64,000 nt of DNA from an uncultured Nanoarchaeota archaeon (GCA_963743615.1 CAVUQF010000002.1:65697-129696); one strand, 5' to 3'. Positions 1 to 10,339 are shown, numbered from the stretch's first letter. A program made the numbers and translations. The notes: generated by a model from the sequence alone, not told the origin.

Positions 1-663
1 AAAAATCTTTGCCGACTTCTCATCAAATATCTCGTCGACATATTGGACCTCTAAAAAATGATTTCCAGATCCGATTGTTCCAAGCTGATTTTTTCCTCTT
101 GCCTTTGCCTTTTGTGAAACTTTTTTTGAATTTGAATTTTCTATACACCCCCCATCTTCTATATTCTTTAGATCTTCCTTTGTAGCGTATCCTTTATTCA
201 AAGCCCATTTTGCACCCTGTTCGAGAATTTCATCTATCTCTTTTTCTGATATCTTTAATTCTCCACCAACTCCGACGCCTGAAGGGATATTCTTGTATAA
301 CTCATTTAGAATCTGCTCTCTTTTTCCTAAGAATTCTTTTTTTGTCAGATCTGCTGAAAGTAGCCGGACTCCACAGTTTATGTCATAACCAACTCCTCCC
401 GGGGAGATGATTCCTTTTTTTATGTCAAATGCAGCAACTCCACCAATTGGGAATCCGTAGCCAACATGAACATCACTCATCACAAGACCATAATTAATTA
501 TTCCTGGAAGTTGGCAAATATTTGAGAGTTGTTTGATACATTCCTCTTCTATATTTTTAAACAACTTATCAGAAGCAAGAATTAATCCCGGGACTAGCAT
601 GCCTCCCTGTTTAGGTAATTCATAAATATTTTCCGCAATTTTCTTCATTTTTTCTTTTAACAT
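1..663 (-). CDS. rtcB: RtcB tRNA-splicing RNA ligase (5' part; runs off the window start)
   Basis: Not in the ORF track. Manual translation from ATG 663 gives MLKEKMKKIAENIYELPKQGGMLVPG...MSDVHVGYGFPIGGVAAFD...ISPGGVGYDINCGVR...QLGTIGSGNHFLEVQ, the RtcB signature motifs. Archease lies next to it. Confidence 0.95.
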   Translation of the reverse strand, partial: MLKEKMKKIAENIYELPKQGGMLVPGLILASDKLFKNIEEECIKQLSNICQLPGIINYGLVMSDVHVGYGFPIGGVAAFDIKKGIISPGGVGYDINCGVRLLSADLTKKEFLGKREQILNELYKNIPSGVGVGGELKISEKEIDEILEQGAKWALNKGYATKEDLKNIEDGGCIENSNSKKVSQKAKARGKNQLGTIGSGNHFLEVQYVDEIFDEKSAKIF

Positions 664-697
664 TTTAGTTAATAATTTCCTTTTTTCCGTTCAATTG

Positions 698-913
698 TTA
701 TATATCAAAAGTGTACAAATCTCCAGGTCCTTTCCCGGTACTTTTTATTTTGTTTGGGCTTATCCCCAAAAATTTAGAGAGCATATTCATAAAAAATAGC
801 TTGGCATTCGGATCGTTTTCGTTCATTTTCATATAAACAAGATATCGCCATTCCCCAAAACTTTCTATTCTATCTTTGTTAGAACCAAACTTTATTTTTA
901 CATAAATTTTCAT
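698..913 (-). CDS. DUF167/YggU-like small protein
   Basis: 71 aa; the pattern MKIYVKIK...LSKFLGISPNKIK resembles UPF0235. Lies between archease and rtcB. Confidence 0.5.
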   Translation of the reverse strand: MKIYVKIKFGSNKDRIESFGEWRYLVYMKMNENDPNAKLFFMNMLSKFLGISPNKIKSTGKGPGDLYTFDI

Positions 914-945
914 AAGGGAATCACTATCAGACTATTTTTATAAGT

Positions 946-1362
946 TTAGATATCAACAACCGCTTGCGCCCTCCATCCATTCTTGTCCTTTTTAATATAC
1001 ATCTCAGAATAAGTCGCGGCCTTCAAACTTTCAAGATCTTTATAATTTTTTGTCTTGTCTCCATAAGTAACTGCATTAAGACTTATTCTATCTTTCTCTT
1101 TCTCTATTTTAATTTTTGCTTTTGAGCACACAAAATTTTCTGCATCAAGAAGATAAATGAGTTCATCAATAAATTTGTAGAAAAGCTCTTCATTGTCTTT
1201 CGCAGAAATAATAAACTCTTTCTTTATTGAGCTATTTATTTTTTTGGACTTAGATATAAATTCCGAGAGGGCTAATACCGAGTTTTCAAATATTTCATTA
1301 ATCGTTTTGCCTGATACAGCAAATTTAATATCGGCAGTATGGCTCAAGAGTTTATATTTCAT
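946..1362 (-). CDS. Archease (RtcB cofactor)
   Basis: N-terminal HTAD, KAATY motif and C-terminal VVDI. Confidence 0.95.
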   Translation of the reverse strand: MKYKLLSHTADIKFAVSGKTINEIFENSVLALSEFISKSKKINSSIKKEFIISAKDNEELFYKFIDELIYLLDAENFVCSKAKIKIEKEKDRISLNAVTYGDKTKNYKDLESLKAATYSEMYIKKDKNGWRAQAVVDI

Positions 1363-1799
1363 TGTTTTGCCCAGCAGAATAGTTTCAATTGTTTTGGATT
1401 ATAAGAGTTATCGGTCGCGGTTATGAAAATACTTTGTGCGTAAACATCCTTATTTAATTTAGATCCTAATTCGCATGTATCATATGTAAGACATATTTGT
1501 GCTTGGCATACAAGGGAACTAGGAGTTAGGATTTTAATTGTGTTTTCTATGCTTGTGGGAAAATTGGAACTGCTCCAATTAATCGGGAGAAGTGAATTGT
1601 CGATACCAACTACTTCATTTCTCATACTATCATTTAGTTCGATTGTTCTGAGAACATAAATTTCATAATTGCTTACAAGGTTTGTAGTATTGGACTGAGG
1701 ATTATTTTCTTGATTCAAGATTATAATCAGAACTGCTCCAATGAGCAAAATGGCAAGAAATGCTTCTATTATCCTCATCCATCCTTTTTTATCTTTCAT
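1359..1799 (-). CDS. Prepilin-like protein (class III signal peptide)
   Basis: MKDKKG/WMRIIEAFLAILLIG: basic-G cleavage site followed by a hydrophobic helix; lies in the pilus locus. Confidence 0.7.
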   Translation of the reverse strand: MKDKKGWMRIIEAFLAILLIGAVLIIILNQENNPQSNTTNLVSNYEIYVLRTIELNDSMRNEVVGIDNSLLPINWSSSNFPTSIENTIKILTPSSLVCQAQICLTYDTCELGSKLNKDVYAQSIFITATDNSYNPKQLKLFCWAKQ

Positions 1800-1800
1800 T

Positions 1801-2541
1801 TTACCAGACTCTTATTATTAAATTTCCCTCCTGTAGACTGCTGTTTCCGTAAAAGTATGATACGGGAAATAATTCAGAGTAAACGTTCCCGCTTTTTTTT
1901 GGATCATTCGTTCCGATTGAGGTTAGATTTTGATAAGTAAAAGTAAACCCAAAATTATCTGCAGGGGAAAGACCTAACTGACCTTTTACAGCATTGTAGT
2001 TACTGTCGTACTCTCCTATTAACTGGGCGACATTGAAATCAAGTAAATAACTTGCATTTTGAACTTGTTCAATTGTATAATTATTTTCATTCGCACCTAG
2101 TGTGAGGCTTTGGGAGTCTGGGAGAGTCCCTGATGGGACTGTGCTAAACAAGGGAGAGTAATAAATCTCAAGAAGCATTTGATTCTCTTCTCCTGAAGAT
2201 GTATCTATACAAAGATCCGATCCAGAACTTACCGAATTAAATACACTTCCTGTGGAGTTTGCAACAATAATCTTTAACGGAATTCCCAAGCTGTTTAAAT
2301 TGTCCGCCATTCCTACAAGTTTGAGGCTGTTCTGGCTTCCCTGATAATCCGTTAGCACTGTTATTGTTGTAAGATTGCCTGTCATGTTTTTTATCAGCTC
2401 TTCATGCAAATAATTGAGATCAAGAGATTTATCCTGCTGGACTTTCATAGATGAACTTACTATCGCATAGAAGAATACAAGAAAACTGACAAATATCATA
2501 AAAGAAATTATTACATCTACATTAGAACCTCTTTTGTTCAT
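1801..2541 (-). CDS. Prepilin-like / minor pilin protein
   Basis: MNKRG/SNVDVIISFMIF class III signal-like N-terminus; N/S/T-rich extracellular domain. Confidence 0.7.
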   Translation of the reverse strand: MNKRGSNVDVIISFMIFVSFLVFFYAIVSSSMKVQQDKSLDLNYLHEELIKNMTGNLTTITVLTDYQGSQNSLKLVGMADNLNSLGIPLKIIVANSTGSVFNSVSSGSDLCIDTSSGEENQMLLEIYYSPLFSTVPSGTLPDSQSLTLGANENNYTIEQVQNASYLLDFNVAQLIGEYDSNYNAVKGQLGLSPADNFGFTFTYQNLTSIGTNDPKKSGNVYSELFPVSYFYGNSSLQEGNLIIRVW

Positions 2542-2571
2542 ATGACTACCTACTTCTAGAAATATATAAAA

Positions 2572-3441
2572 TTATCCAAAGATAACCCCTGCCCCTGCAG
2601 AGATAATGAATGAGAAAACCATCATGGCGAAAGAGTGTTTTATTCCCGCTTTTATATTTCCTTCAGATAACTTTCCGATTGTCAACCCAGTAAAGAAACC
2701 TTGTGTTAATATCAGAAATAAGAACGCATTTCCCAGCTGTTGAGTTTGTAATGCTGAATTTCCCACGGTAGCTGCTGCAGCTGTTGTTGTTCCACCAAGG
2801 ACACCACTTATTCCTCCTCCTAGTGAGCCAACATTAAAACTAGATATTAATGGAAGTATTTTATACTGCATGACTAAAACAATAATCAAAAATATAAAGA
2901 AGATTACATAACCTTGTACAACCATTGTAGATGCAGTTGCCTCTCTTTCTTTTGCAAGCTTATCAGACATACTTACTGCCGATGCAACCGCTTCGAGTAT
3001 TCTTCCTATGTCCCCTCCCGCTTTCTCTGCTTCACCAATAAGAATCAAAGCTCGGGAAATTGTTTTGTTATTTACATCTTCGGAGAATGTTTGTAAGGCA
3101 TCCTTAAGGGGAATTCCCAGAGAGATTTGATTTGCAAGCTTTTTTATGTTTATACCCAGTGCTCCATAGGGTTTATCCTTAGAATTGATAATACTCTTAT
3201 TTATAGGAGTTCCACTCTTAACACTTTCTACTAGGTCTCTTGCAAATTCGAGGAACATTTCCTGTTTTTCAGCCTCTATCTTATTCTCTTGAATTACTGA
3301 AAACACAAAAGGGGAGGCTACTATTATTACTCCTATTCCCAGCAGAAAGAAGAAAAAATTTGTTTGGATAAATAACAGGGAAATTAATATTAAAGTCAGT
3401 CCTGCAATGATTCCAATCCAATGAATTCTTTTTATTTCCAT
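2572..3441 (-). CDS. Type IV pilus / type II secretion F-family platform membrane protein (TadC/FlaJ-like)
   Basis: Multiple TM helices; T2SSF-like segment FLEFARDLVESVKSG...AEKAGGDIGRIL; C-terminal GKLSEG...GIKHS. Confidence 0.9.
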   Translation of the reverse strand: MEIKRIHWIGIIAGLTLILISLLFIQTNFFFFLLGIGVIIVASPFVFSVIQENKIEAEKQEMFLEFARDLVESVKSGTPINKSIINSKDKPYGALGINIKKLANQISLGIPLKDALQTFSEDVNNKTISRALILIGEAEKAGGDIGRILEAVASAVSMSDKLAKEREATASTMVVQGYVIFFIFLIIVLVMQYKILPLISSFNVGSLGGGISGVLGGTTTAAAATVGNSALQTQQLGNAFLFLILTQGFFTGLTIGKLSEGNIKAGIKHSFAMMVFSFIISAGAGVIFG

Positions 3442-3442
3442 T

Positions 3443-4762
3443 TTATTTTCCGGGTTGTTTAAATCTTAAAAACATTAAGAATACAAAATTTATTAATGCC
3501 ACTCCGAATACCATAATAAGCGAAATTGCTGTGGTGCTTAAGGAGATTCCAAGCCCGCTAACCTGTATCATCATAAAAAGCAGCATTAAAATCATTGGTG
3601 CTGCAATAACTACGCTTATGTAGACATCAATGAATGTTTCAGAACTTCTTGTAGATCTCTCTCTTTCAAGTCTATAATCAAGAAGGAGACTCTCCGATCT
3701 CTTATCAAAAAATTCTCCCAAGTCTCCACCAGAAGTTATATTTGTGGCTAAGCTGTTATACAAATCAGTAAGTTTTTTACTTGGGCAGTAATCCGCTGTA
3801 TTCCTAAGGGCAGTAACCAGATCATGTCCGTATATGTTTACTTCATTCATTACCTTAGTAAACTGTTTTTTAAGATTAGGGTATTCTTCTCCCGTTGATA
3901 CTATGATCTTGAAGATGTTCGTTGGCTCTATCTTAGAACCTGCGATAGCAGACATATTTATTGTTGCAAATGGCAATTCCTGATCTATGTTTGTTTCTAA
4001 TGACTTTCTTTCAAGTGAAGGATAAAAGTAAAGGAAGACAAAAGTTAGTATTGGTAGTATAAATAAGATCCAGAATAGTTCCAAAAATCTTGATATTATA
4101 TTTGTTGCAGGGACTATAAAAGGAGGAGTTGCACTTAGGTTAAAGAACAAAAAAAACAGGAATATAACTAGCGCTACTACCAGAGAAATGAATACTGAGA
4201 GAAAAATTATTGAGATATAGACAGGTGGTATAAAACCAAGATTAGTTTTGAGTAAATCATTGACCATTCCTGAAAAATTCTTGCTTTCAACCAAAGGTCT
4301 TGAAAAATCCGAGAACAATCTGCTTGCAACTCCTGCATATTTATTTGGCCCCTTTCCTACTTTTTTTGCTATTTCTTCCTTCTTTTTCTTCTCAATCCTC
4401 TTGATTATATTTTTTTCAGATCTTGAAATTCTATATTCTCTTGTAAGTTTACTTTCTTCCTCCATTTTTTCGAAGAAATTTTTCTTTGGGACTTTTTTCT
4501 CCTTATCTTCGTTCAGAACTTTATCAATAGTTTTTTTGTTATCCTGATGATCAAGAATTTTAGTCAGATTGATATTATTGATAAATTTTGGAGCTTTATC
4601 ATTTTCAATCTTTAGATTTTGCTTCAATGAGTTTATGTGAGAGGATATAATGGAGTCACTATTTTTAGAGTGGACTACGGAGGTCATCTCATTTACTATT
4701 TTTTTCTCTTTAGATATTATTTTTTTAAGCTCTAGGAAATCACTATTTTTTTGAAAAATCAT
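3443..4762 (-). CDS. Type IV pilus / type II secretion F-family platform membrane protein (TadB/FlaJ-like)
   Basis: IDQELPFATINMSAIAGS...TSGGDLGEFF, TM helices, paired with the adjacent T2SSF gene. Confidence 0.9.
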   Translation of the reverse strand: MIFQKNSDFLELKKIISKEKKIVNEMTSVVHSKNSDSIISSHINSLKQNLKIENDKAPKFINNINLTKILDHQDNKKTIDKVLNEDKEKKVPKKNFFEKMEEESKLTREYRISRSEKNIIKRIEKKKKEEIAKKVGKGPNKYAGVASRLFSDFSRPLVESKNFSGMVNDLLKTNLGFIPPVYISIIFLSVFISLVVALVIFLFFLFFNLSATPPFIVPATNIISRFLELFWILFILPILTFVFLYFYPSLERKSLETNIDQELPFATINMSAIAGSKIEPTNIFKIIVSTGEEYPNLKKQFTKVMNEVNIYGHDLVTALRNTADYCPSKKLTDLYNSLATNITSGGDLGEFFDKRSESLLLDYRLERERSTRSSETFIDVYISVVIAAPMILMLLFMMIQVSGLGISLSTTAISLIMVFGVALINFVFLMFLRFKQPGK

Positions 4763-4956
4763 TTTAAAATATCAGAAATTTTGCTGTTTATTTGGAGAAT
4801 AAATTTCTTTGTTTTGTTAAGATCCTCAGGATTGCTTTTTTTATAAAATTCTTCGAGTTTTTTTTCGGAATCATCAAGAGAGCTTATTAGCTGCCTGAGC
4901 TGTAACACTTGCTCCCCAATCTTGTTTTTAGAATTTTTATCATCCTCTTCTTTCAT
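4759..4956 (-). CDS. Small hypothetical coiled-coil protein in pilus locus
   Basis: 65 aa, ATG start, stop overlaps the start of the next gene. Confidence 0.5.
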   Translation of the reverse strand: MKEEDDKNSKNKIGEQVLQLRQLISSLDDSEKKLEEFYKKSNPEDLNKTKKFILQINSKISDILK

Positions 4957-4999
4957 CTGAAGAAAAAGTGAATTCTCTTATTAAATATTTTGTTCTTAA

Positions 5000-6568
5000 C
5001 TATGCTGCAATATTAAACTGAGCTAATACTTCCTTTGGTTTTTTGTAATATTCATTTATAACATCTTGAACTTTTTTGAACTCAAATATCTTTCTCTTGA
5101 ACAATTCATAGATAAGTTGGGTTCTTATTCTAAACTCAGACTCAAGGTCCCTAGTATTTATTCCGTATCTATTAGAAATTTTCTCAAAAACTTTGCTATT
5201 TTTTTTAAAGTAAAAGTCATCGTCTGAAGGGTTCCAGACAAAGGGGGTGTTTGTAAGTGCAATTCCTTCGGAACTTACGTCTATAAGCTCAACAATTTCC
5301 CTCAAACGTCTTGTCTCTTGTTTATTGACAATCGCGTGTGTCATAATACAAACACAGTCTAGGACATTAAGAAGAGTTGGAGGAAGTTCTATAGGAGGAG
5401 TTTCTAGTCTTCTGATAACACTTTCAACGGAATCGGAGTGTATCGTACTCATTGAAGAGTGCCCCGAAGCCATACCTTGGAATAGTACAGATGCTTCTCT
5501 CCCTCTGACTTCTCCCACAATGACATAATCAGGATTTTGCCTGAATGAACTTCTTAATAAGTCAAACAAGCTTACAGAGCCTATTCCTCTTATCCCAGAT
5601 GATGATCTTGAAACACTAGGAAGCCAGTTTTCTCTTGGGAGGTTTAGCTCTCTCGTATCTTCAATACTTACAACTCTTGCTTCAGGGGGTATGAAGAATG
5701 CGACTGCGTTTAGCAAAGTTGTTTTTCCAGAGGATGTTCCCCCTGTAATTAGTATATTCATCTTGTACTGTATTAAAAGCCATAAATATGCAACCATTTC
5801 TGGACTTAGTGTATTAAAGGAAACTAATTGAGGGGGAGTCCATGGTTCTTTAGTGAATTTTCTTATAGTAAATGTTGGGCCTCTACTTGTAATATCTTTT
5901 GTGTATGTCGCATTTACTCTGCTTCCATCTGGGAGACTTCCATCAAGAATCGGATTTGCATATGAAATATACTGTCCTGATCTCTGGGCTAGTTTTTCTA
6001 CAAATCCTTCCAATTTGTCCATATCTCTAAATATTATATTTGTCTTCATATTTCTATACAGTCTGTGGACAATGTAAACAGGAGTATCTGCTCCGTTATT
6101 TTCTATATCTTCAATAAAATAATCTCTTAGCAGGGGCTCGATCTCATTAAATCCGATGAAATCTCTGCAAAGATAATAGTAAATTTTTTTATAACTTTCA
6201 TAATTAATATCAATTCCTAATTCAATTAAGAGAAATCTAAATCTCTGATCAATATATCCTAACAGCCCTTCGAGATCGTTCTCTACAATAATATCAAAAT
6301 TTATCATTTCTCTCATTGCATTGAGTATCCTTCTCCTGTAGTCTTCTTCCCTCATATTCAACAAAGGCTCCTCAATCTCATAGACAACTTCGTATATTTT
6401 TGGATCCCAGTATATATGCGCAAATGCAAAGGGGGAGATCAAACAGTACCTTACATCAATTTTACTTTTATCCTCTATCCTACTCATGTGGGGGATCTGA
6501 GGAGAAAAGTCTATATCCACCTTAGGAAAATTTTCTATTCCAATTCTTTTTTGTTCTTGTTCTGGCAT
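5000..6568 (-). CDS. Type II/IV secretion ATPase (FlaI/PilB/VirB11-like)
   Basis: Walker A GGTSSGKTT, SIEDTREL Asp box, RQNPDYVIVGEVRG, GHSSMSTIH His box. Confidence 0.96.
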   Translation of the reverse strand: MPEQEQKRIGIENFPKVDIDFSPQIPHMSRIEDKSKIDVRYCLISPFAFAHIYWDPKIYEVVYEIEEPLLNMREEDYRRRILNAMREMINFDIIVENDLEGLLGYIDQRFRFLLIELGIDINYESYKKIYYYLCRDFIGFNEIEPLLRDYFIEDIENNGADTPVYIVHRLYRNMKTNIIFRDMDKLEGFVEKLAQRSGQYISYANPILDGSLPDGSRVNATYTKDITSRGPTFTIRKFTKEPWTPPQLVSFNTLSPEMVAYLWLLIQYKMNILITGGTSSGKTTLLNAVAFFIPPEARVVSIEDTRELNLPRENWLPSVSRSSSGIRGIGSVSLFDLLRSSFRQNPDYVIVGEVRGREASVLFQGMASGHSSMSTIHSDSVESVIRRLETPPIELPPTLLNVLDCVCIMTHAIVNKQETRRLREIVELIDVSSEGIALTNTPFVWNPSDDDFYFKKNSKVFEKISNRYGINTRDLESEFRIRTQLIYELFKRKIFEFKKVQDVINEYYKKPKEVLAQFNIAA

Positions 6569-7089
6569 TATCCTAGTGAAAAATCCATATTTGTAGGATT
6601 TCCTCCATTATTTGAAATTAAAAGATTGTAGGGGGTGGAAGAGTGCGTTATCTCTCTTACACTGTTTCCTCCGGAATAAGTTATGTTATATATCTTGTTG
6701 TAACTCATGGTCATGTTCACTATATTCAGATTATTTTGTGCTTGTGTATTAACTAAAATATTTCCGTAGCTCACAGGTTGCCCGGGCTCGCTAAATTGAT
6801 AATGACTATTGTCCATACTAAAAATAATGAGATCATTAGTTCCATCAATTGTCAGAGTTCCGGATGTTAAACTAATTTGCAGGCTTCTGGTATTGCCCGC
6901 ACCGTTATCTGCAAGGGACAATAAAATATTATTAATATTATTCAACATTGATACTGATTGTTGCAAAGTAGCTTTATCCTGTAATTCCATTATTTTTGGT
7001 TGAACATAAGAGAGCACTAATCCAATAATCACCAAGGCGATTAGAGTATAAATAACTGTCTCAACCCAAACCTGCCCTCTTTTACTCAT
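6568..7089 (-). CDS. Prepilin-like protein
   Basis: MSKRG/QVWVETVIYTLIALVIIG class III signal with E at +5. Confidence 0.8.
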   Translation of the reverse strand: MSKRGQVWVETVIYTLIALVIIGLVLSYVQPKIMELQDKATLQQSVSMLNNINNILLSLADNGAGNTRSLQISLTSGTLTIDGTNDLIIFSMDNSHYQFSEPGQPVSYGNILVNTQAQNNLNIVNMTMSYNKIYNITYSGGNSVREITHSSTPYNLLISNNGGNPTNMDFSLG

Positions 7090-7188
7090 TATATTATGAA
7101 TAAAATTTAATTTAAATAATTATCATATACATCAAATTTAATTAGTTCTTAGCATAGAGAGATACAAATAATTCTATGGATCTTTTGA

Positions 7189-7785
7189 TTAATGGATAGA
7201 TAAGTCATGGTAGAAGAATTTTTTTCCTTCCATTAGAACAAAGTCAAGATAGGGATTTCCATTATAAAATAAGATTAAATCTTTGCATATCTGAACGATA
7301 TAATCTCTAAATTCAAAATCAGGAATCTCCGAAAATAGGATTTTATTATTAATAATTGGGACCTTAAATGAAAAATCCGGAGTAAAATCTGTCCCAGATT
7401 TCCTTAGTCCGTTTTTTATATCAATATAAATCGTATTTCCTATCTTAAATGAATGGCCTGTAAAAATAGTATTAGCCTCATTAAATGAGGGACCTATCGA
7501 AAAAATTCTATTTTTTCTGGAAATTCCATCCGCCTCCATCTCTGCATTTAATGATCTTAGAGCAGATTCAATTTCATTTTTATGAATATTAACTCTTCTC
7601 CATCTACCCATTTTGTAGGGGTGATCTGTAATCTTTATTCTGTTATCAGACCCCATAATTAAAATATTTTCTTTTTCTCCAATCTCCTCCAAAAATTCGG
7701 AAGGTATTTCTGAAATAATATTGAAATGAACAAACCTCTCAGGTAAGCCCATCTTCTTTAGTAACAAAACTCCTTGGATATTCAT
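7189..7785 (-). CDS. Hypothetical cytoplasmic protein interrupting the pilin cluster
   Basis: Long ORF; ATG 7785 (MNIQG) preferred over the TTG start in the track; no recognisable motif. Confidence 0.6.
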   Translation of the reverse strand: MNIQGVLLLKKMGLPERFVHFNIISEIPSEFLEEIGEKENILIMGSDNRIKITDHPYKMGRWRRVNIHKNEIESALRSLNAEMEADGISRKNRIFSIGPSFNEANTIFTGHSFKIGNTIYIDIKNGLRKSGTDFTPDFSFKVPIINNKILFSEIPDFEFRDYIVQICKDLILFYNGNPYLDFVLMEGKKFFYHDLSIH

Positions 7786-7900
7786 AAAAATATAGTTTAG
7801 AATCAAGTTAAAAAATCTTACTCATAAAAGAATTGTAAATCGGACCAGTAGGGTAAATTTTAATTAAATTTAACTTTTTTAAGAATAACTAATGTAAACT

Positions 7901-8413
7901 TTATGATAAGAGACTACAGTCATCTAGTTTTTGTATTGAATCTGAAGCAGAGCATTGTTGCCCTCCTATCACCGGAGCAACTTGTATTGAATTTGGAGCA
8001 CTTGACCCTGTCCAAGAATAAAGATATGTTGATCCTGAGTTTATGCCCGGTAATATTACTTGCGAACTTCCATCTGGATAATTTGATAAACCCTGAATTG
8101 CCTGAGTTTGTGTTGTTATTGTAAAACTTTTCGATTGGCTTGGGCCAGAAATTGAAACTAAAGCTCCATCTACACTACTGCCACCTATATTCAATGAGAA
8201 TTGAACTTGATTTGAACTGCTATTATAACAAGAATATTCATTGTTTAAGGTGATATCATTGTAAACATTGTAACAAGATGTCGACTGGCTAATTTTAGGG
8301 CTGATAAAATTGTTTATCACAGTCCATACAACCGCAACCAGCACGATTGTTAATACGACAAGAAGCAAAGTTGCTATAATAGTTGAGATGCCTCTCTTAT
8401 TTTTTGAAAACAT
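7901..8413 (-). CDS. Archaeal type IV pilin
   Basis: KNKRG/ISTIIATLLLVVLTIVLV, a classic archaeal pilin N-terminus. Confidence 0.88.
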   Translation of the reverse strand: MFSKNKRGISTIIATLLLVVLTIVLVAVVWTVINNFISPKISQSTSCYNVYNDITLNNEYSCYNSSSNQVQFSLNIGGSSVDGALVSISGPSQSKSFTITTQTQAIQGLSNYPDGSSQVILPGINSGSTYLYSWTGSSAPNSIQVAPVIGGQQCSASDSIQKLDDCSLLS

Positions 8414-8414
8414 T

Positions 8415-8897
8415 TTAACTTAAAGAAATTTTATATTGATTCTGGCTTCCACAGGTATAAACCTGCTCTTGCCCTCCACTTGTGCTTCCCATTAATATTG
8501 GAATTAAGACTAAGCTGCTAGATCCAGATGGCAAGGTGACACTTCCAGAGAACACTCCCCCCTGATTTATTCCTATTTTGGGCCAACTTGAGATTAGACT
8601 GCTCACTGTTTGAGTTTGGTATGCTCCTCCGGCTCCATTAATTTGAACATTAAAGTTATAGATTGGTACATTTCCTGTATTAGAAATTGCTAGAGTTCCT
8701 GAAGTAGTAGACGTTGATGAATAACTCCCCTCAAACTGAACGTTATTACAAACCAATTGAATATTTTCTCCTCCAAATTTAGTCACCGCCTCTTGCGTAA
8801 AGCTTCTGAACCAGAAGAATACAACCAGCCCTAAAGCGATAACAATTCCAATCAGTAAAACTGTTGCTATTACTGGCGAAACCCCCTTTTTGTTCAT
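8415..8897 (-). CDS. Archaeal type IV pilin
   Basis: MNKKG/VSPVIATVLLIGIVI, a canonical pilin N-terminus. Confidence 0.9.
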   Translation of the reverse strand: MNKKGVSPVIATVLLIGIVIALGLVVFFWFRSFTQEAVTKFGGENIQLVCNNVQFEGSYSSTSTTSGTLAISNTGNVPIYNFNVQINGAGGAYQTQTVSSLISSWPKIGINQGGVFSGSVTLPSGSSSLVLIPILMGSTSGGQEQVYTCGSQNQYKISLS

Positions 8898-8945
8898 ATT
8901 TTATTAAGTACAAATTAGTTTATAAATATAATGAGATTTTGAAAA

Positions 8946-9515
8946 TTAAGAACAGGTTATTGGGAGATCTATCTTTGCATTATCACACCCTGCAATCACA
9001 TTTCTTCCATTTAATTCCACAAATCTTGTCGGGGTAATCTCCAAACTGTTCAATGTTGTAATAGGGATCACAGGGTTTATCTTTGATAAATCGAAAAAAT
9101 TATCACTACCCCCCGTTATTTCTCCCGGGCTAAATGGGTTCAGGCTTGGATTAAGATTCCCCTCTGTAAGAAGGAAATAATAAACAGCATTGTTTGCTAT
9201 TGTGTAATCTCCCGAATAATATTCCGTAAGATCTATTGTGGCTATCTGTTGATTTGGACTATCCGATCCATGTATGAAGTAACCTGAAATGTTGAAAGTT
9301 CCTGTGTTTTGCAGTGTTAGATTTAGTGTGTTGCTTGCACAGCTGTAATTATAACTAATTACAGATAGAGATACCCCGTCGGGGCAAGATATTGCATCTT
9401 GAGGAACATAAGTTTTAAGCCATTGATATACAAAAATGCTTATTGTTACAACAATTGCAACTAATAAAATATATCCGATGATTTCGCTTACACCTTTTTT
9501 ATTTTTTGTATTCAT
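8946..9515 (-). CDS. Archaeal type IV pilin
   Basis: KNKKG/VSEIIGYILLVAIVV. Confidence 0.88.
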   Translation of the reverse strand: MNTKNKKGVSEIIGYILLVAIVVTISIFVYQWLKTYVPQDAISCPDGVSLSVISYNYSCASNTLNLTLQNTGTFNISGYFIHGSDSPNQQIATIDLTEYYSGDYTIANNAVYYFLLTEGNLNPSLNPFSPGEITGGSDNFFDLSKINPVIPITTLNSLEITPTRFVELNGRNVIAGCDNAKIDLPITCS

Positions 9516-10021
9516 TATCCGCTTACAGTGTAATTCTGTCCCCCGCTTTGACTAGATATAATAAAGAAAAAATTCTCATTTGATAATTGGAAGTTATAGT
9601 TATAATTATTAATCATGACACTTACTGTGCTTCCAGAAGGATTAAAATATTCTGAATATACTTTTTGGAGTGTATTCGTCGGAGAAAAACCATCTATTCT
9701 GACAGTGGCAGGAAAATTTTGATATATCGTAACGTTCATTCCATTTGTTCCATTAAAAATAAAATACCAATCATCTTGGGGTGTGCTATTAATGTATAAG
9801 TTGGCTAGAGAATATAAGCTATTTTCCATTTGTGCATTATCATAGTGGTTAACTATTCCATAATTTATAACTTTTTGGCTTTCAATTGTGAGTTCATCTT
9901 TTAAGTAGGAAGCATCGTAATTTTGTTGTGAAGAAACAGAATTTGAAACTACAAAAAAACCTATTGAAGCAGAAATGATAACTATTGCGGCTATGAGGAA
10001 GAACTGCCCCCTTTTGTTCAT
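9515..10021 (-). CDS. Prepilin-like protein
   Basis: MNKRG/QFFLIAAIVII class III signal. Confidence 0.75.
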   Translation of the reverse strand: MNKRGQFFLIAAIVIISASIGFFVVSNSVSSQQNYDASYLKDELTIESQKVINYGIVNHYDNAQMENSLYSLANLYINSTPQDDWYFIFNGTNGMNVTIYQNFPATVRIDGFSPTNTLQKVYSEYFNPSGSTVSVMINNYNYNFQLSNENFFFIISSQSGGQNYTVSG

Positions 10022-10066
10022 CGGATAAACAACGAAAAAGTGTTTATTAATTTATTGAAAATATCC

Positions 10067-10339
10067 TCAATAAGAAACTGAGTTACTTGTAACAACCAAG
10101 ACAACTCCAATTATCATTAGAACAAGAAGAAGACCACTAATGATCAAGCCTACAATTGCAAATACTTTCCTTTCAGACCTAAGCCCGATTATAGAAAAAA
10201 TTACTCCTAATAAAATTGAAACAACTCCAACAAGCCCAAGCATAGGTACAAAACTAGTTAGTGCTATTAGAATCAAAGAGACTAGCCCAAAGACAAATCC
10301 CATGATCGCGAATTTACTCTTATCGGAACCCTTAGCCAT
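10067..10339 (-). CDS. Small membrane protein (DUF4190-like)
   Basis: Three hydrophobic helices with AIxGxVxGxxS and AIVGLIIS patterns. Confidence 0.65.
   Translation of the reverse strand: MAKGSDKSKFAIMGFVFGLVSLILIALTSFVPMLGLVGVVSILLGVIFSIIGLRSERKVFAIVGLIISGLLLVLMIIGVVLVVTSNSVSY

Noticed and set aside
1..1362. rtcB-archease linkage as a novel system
   Set aside because: A well-known conserved pairing.
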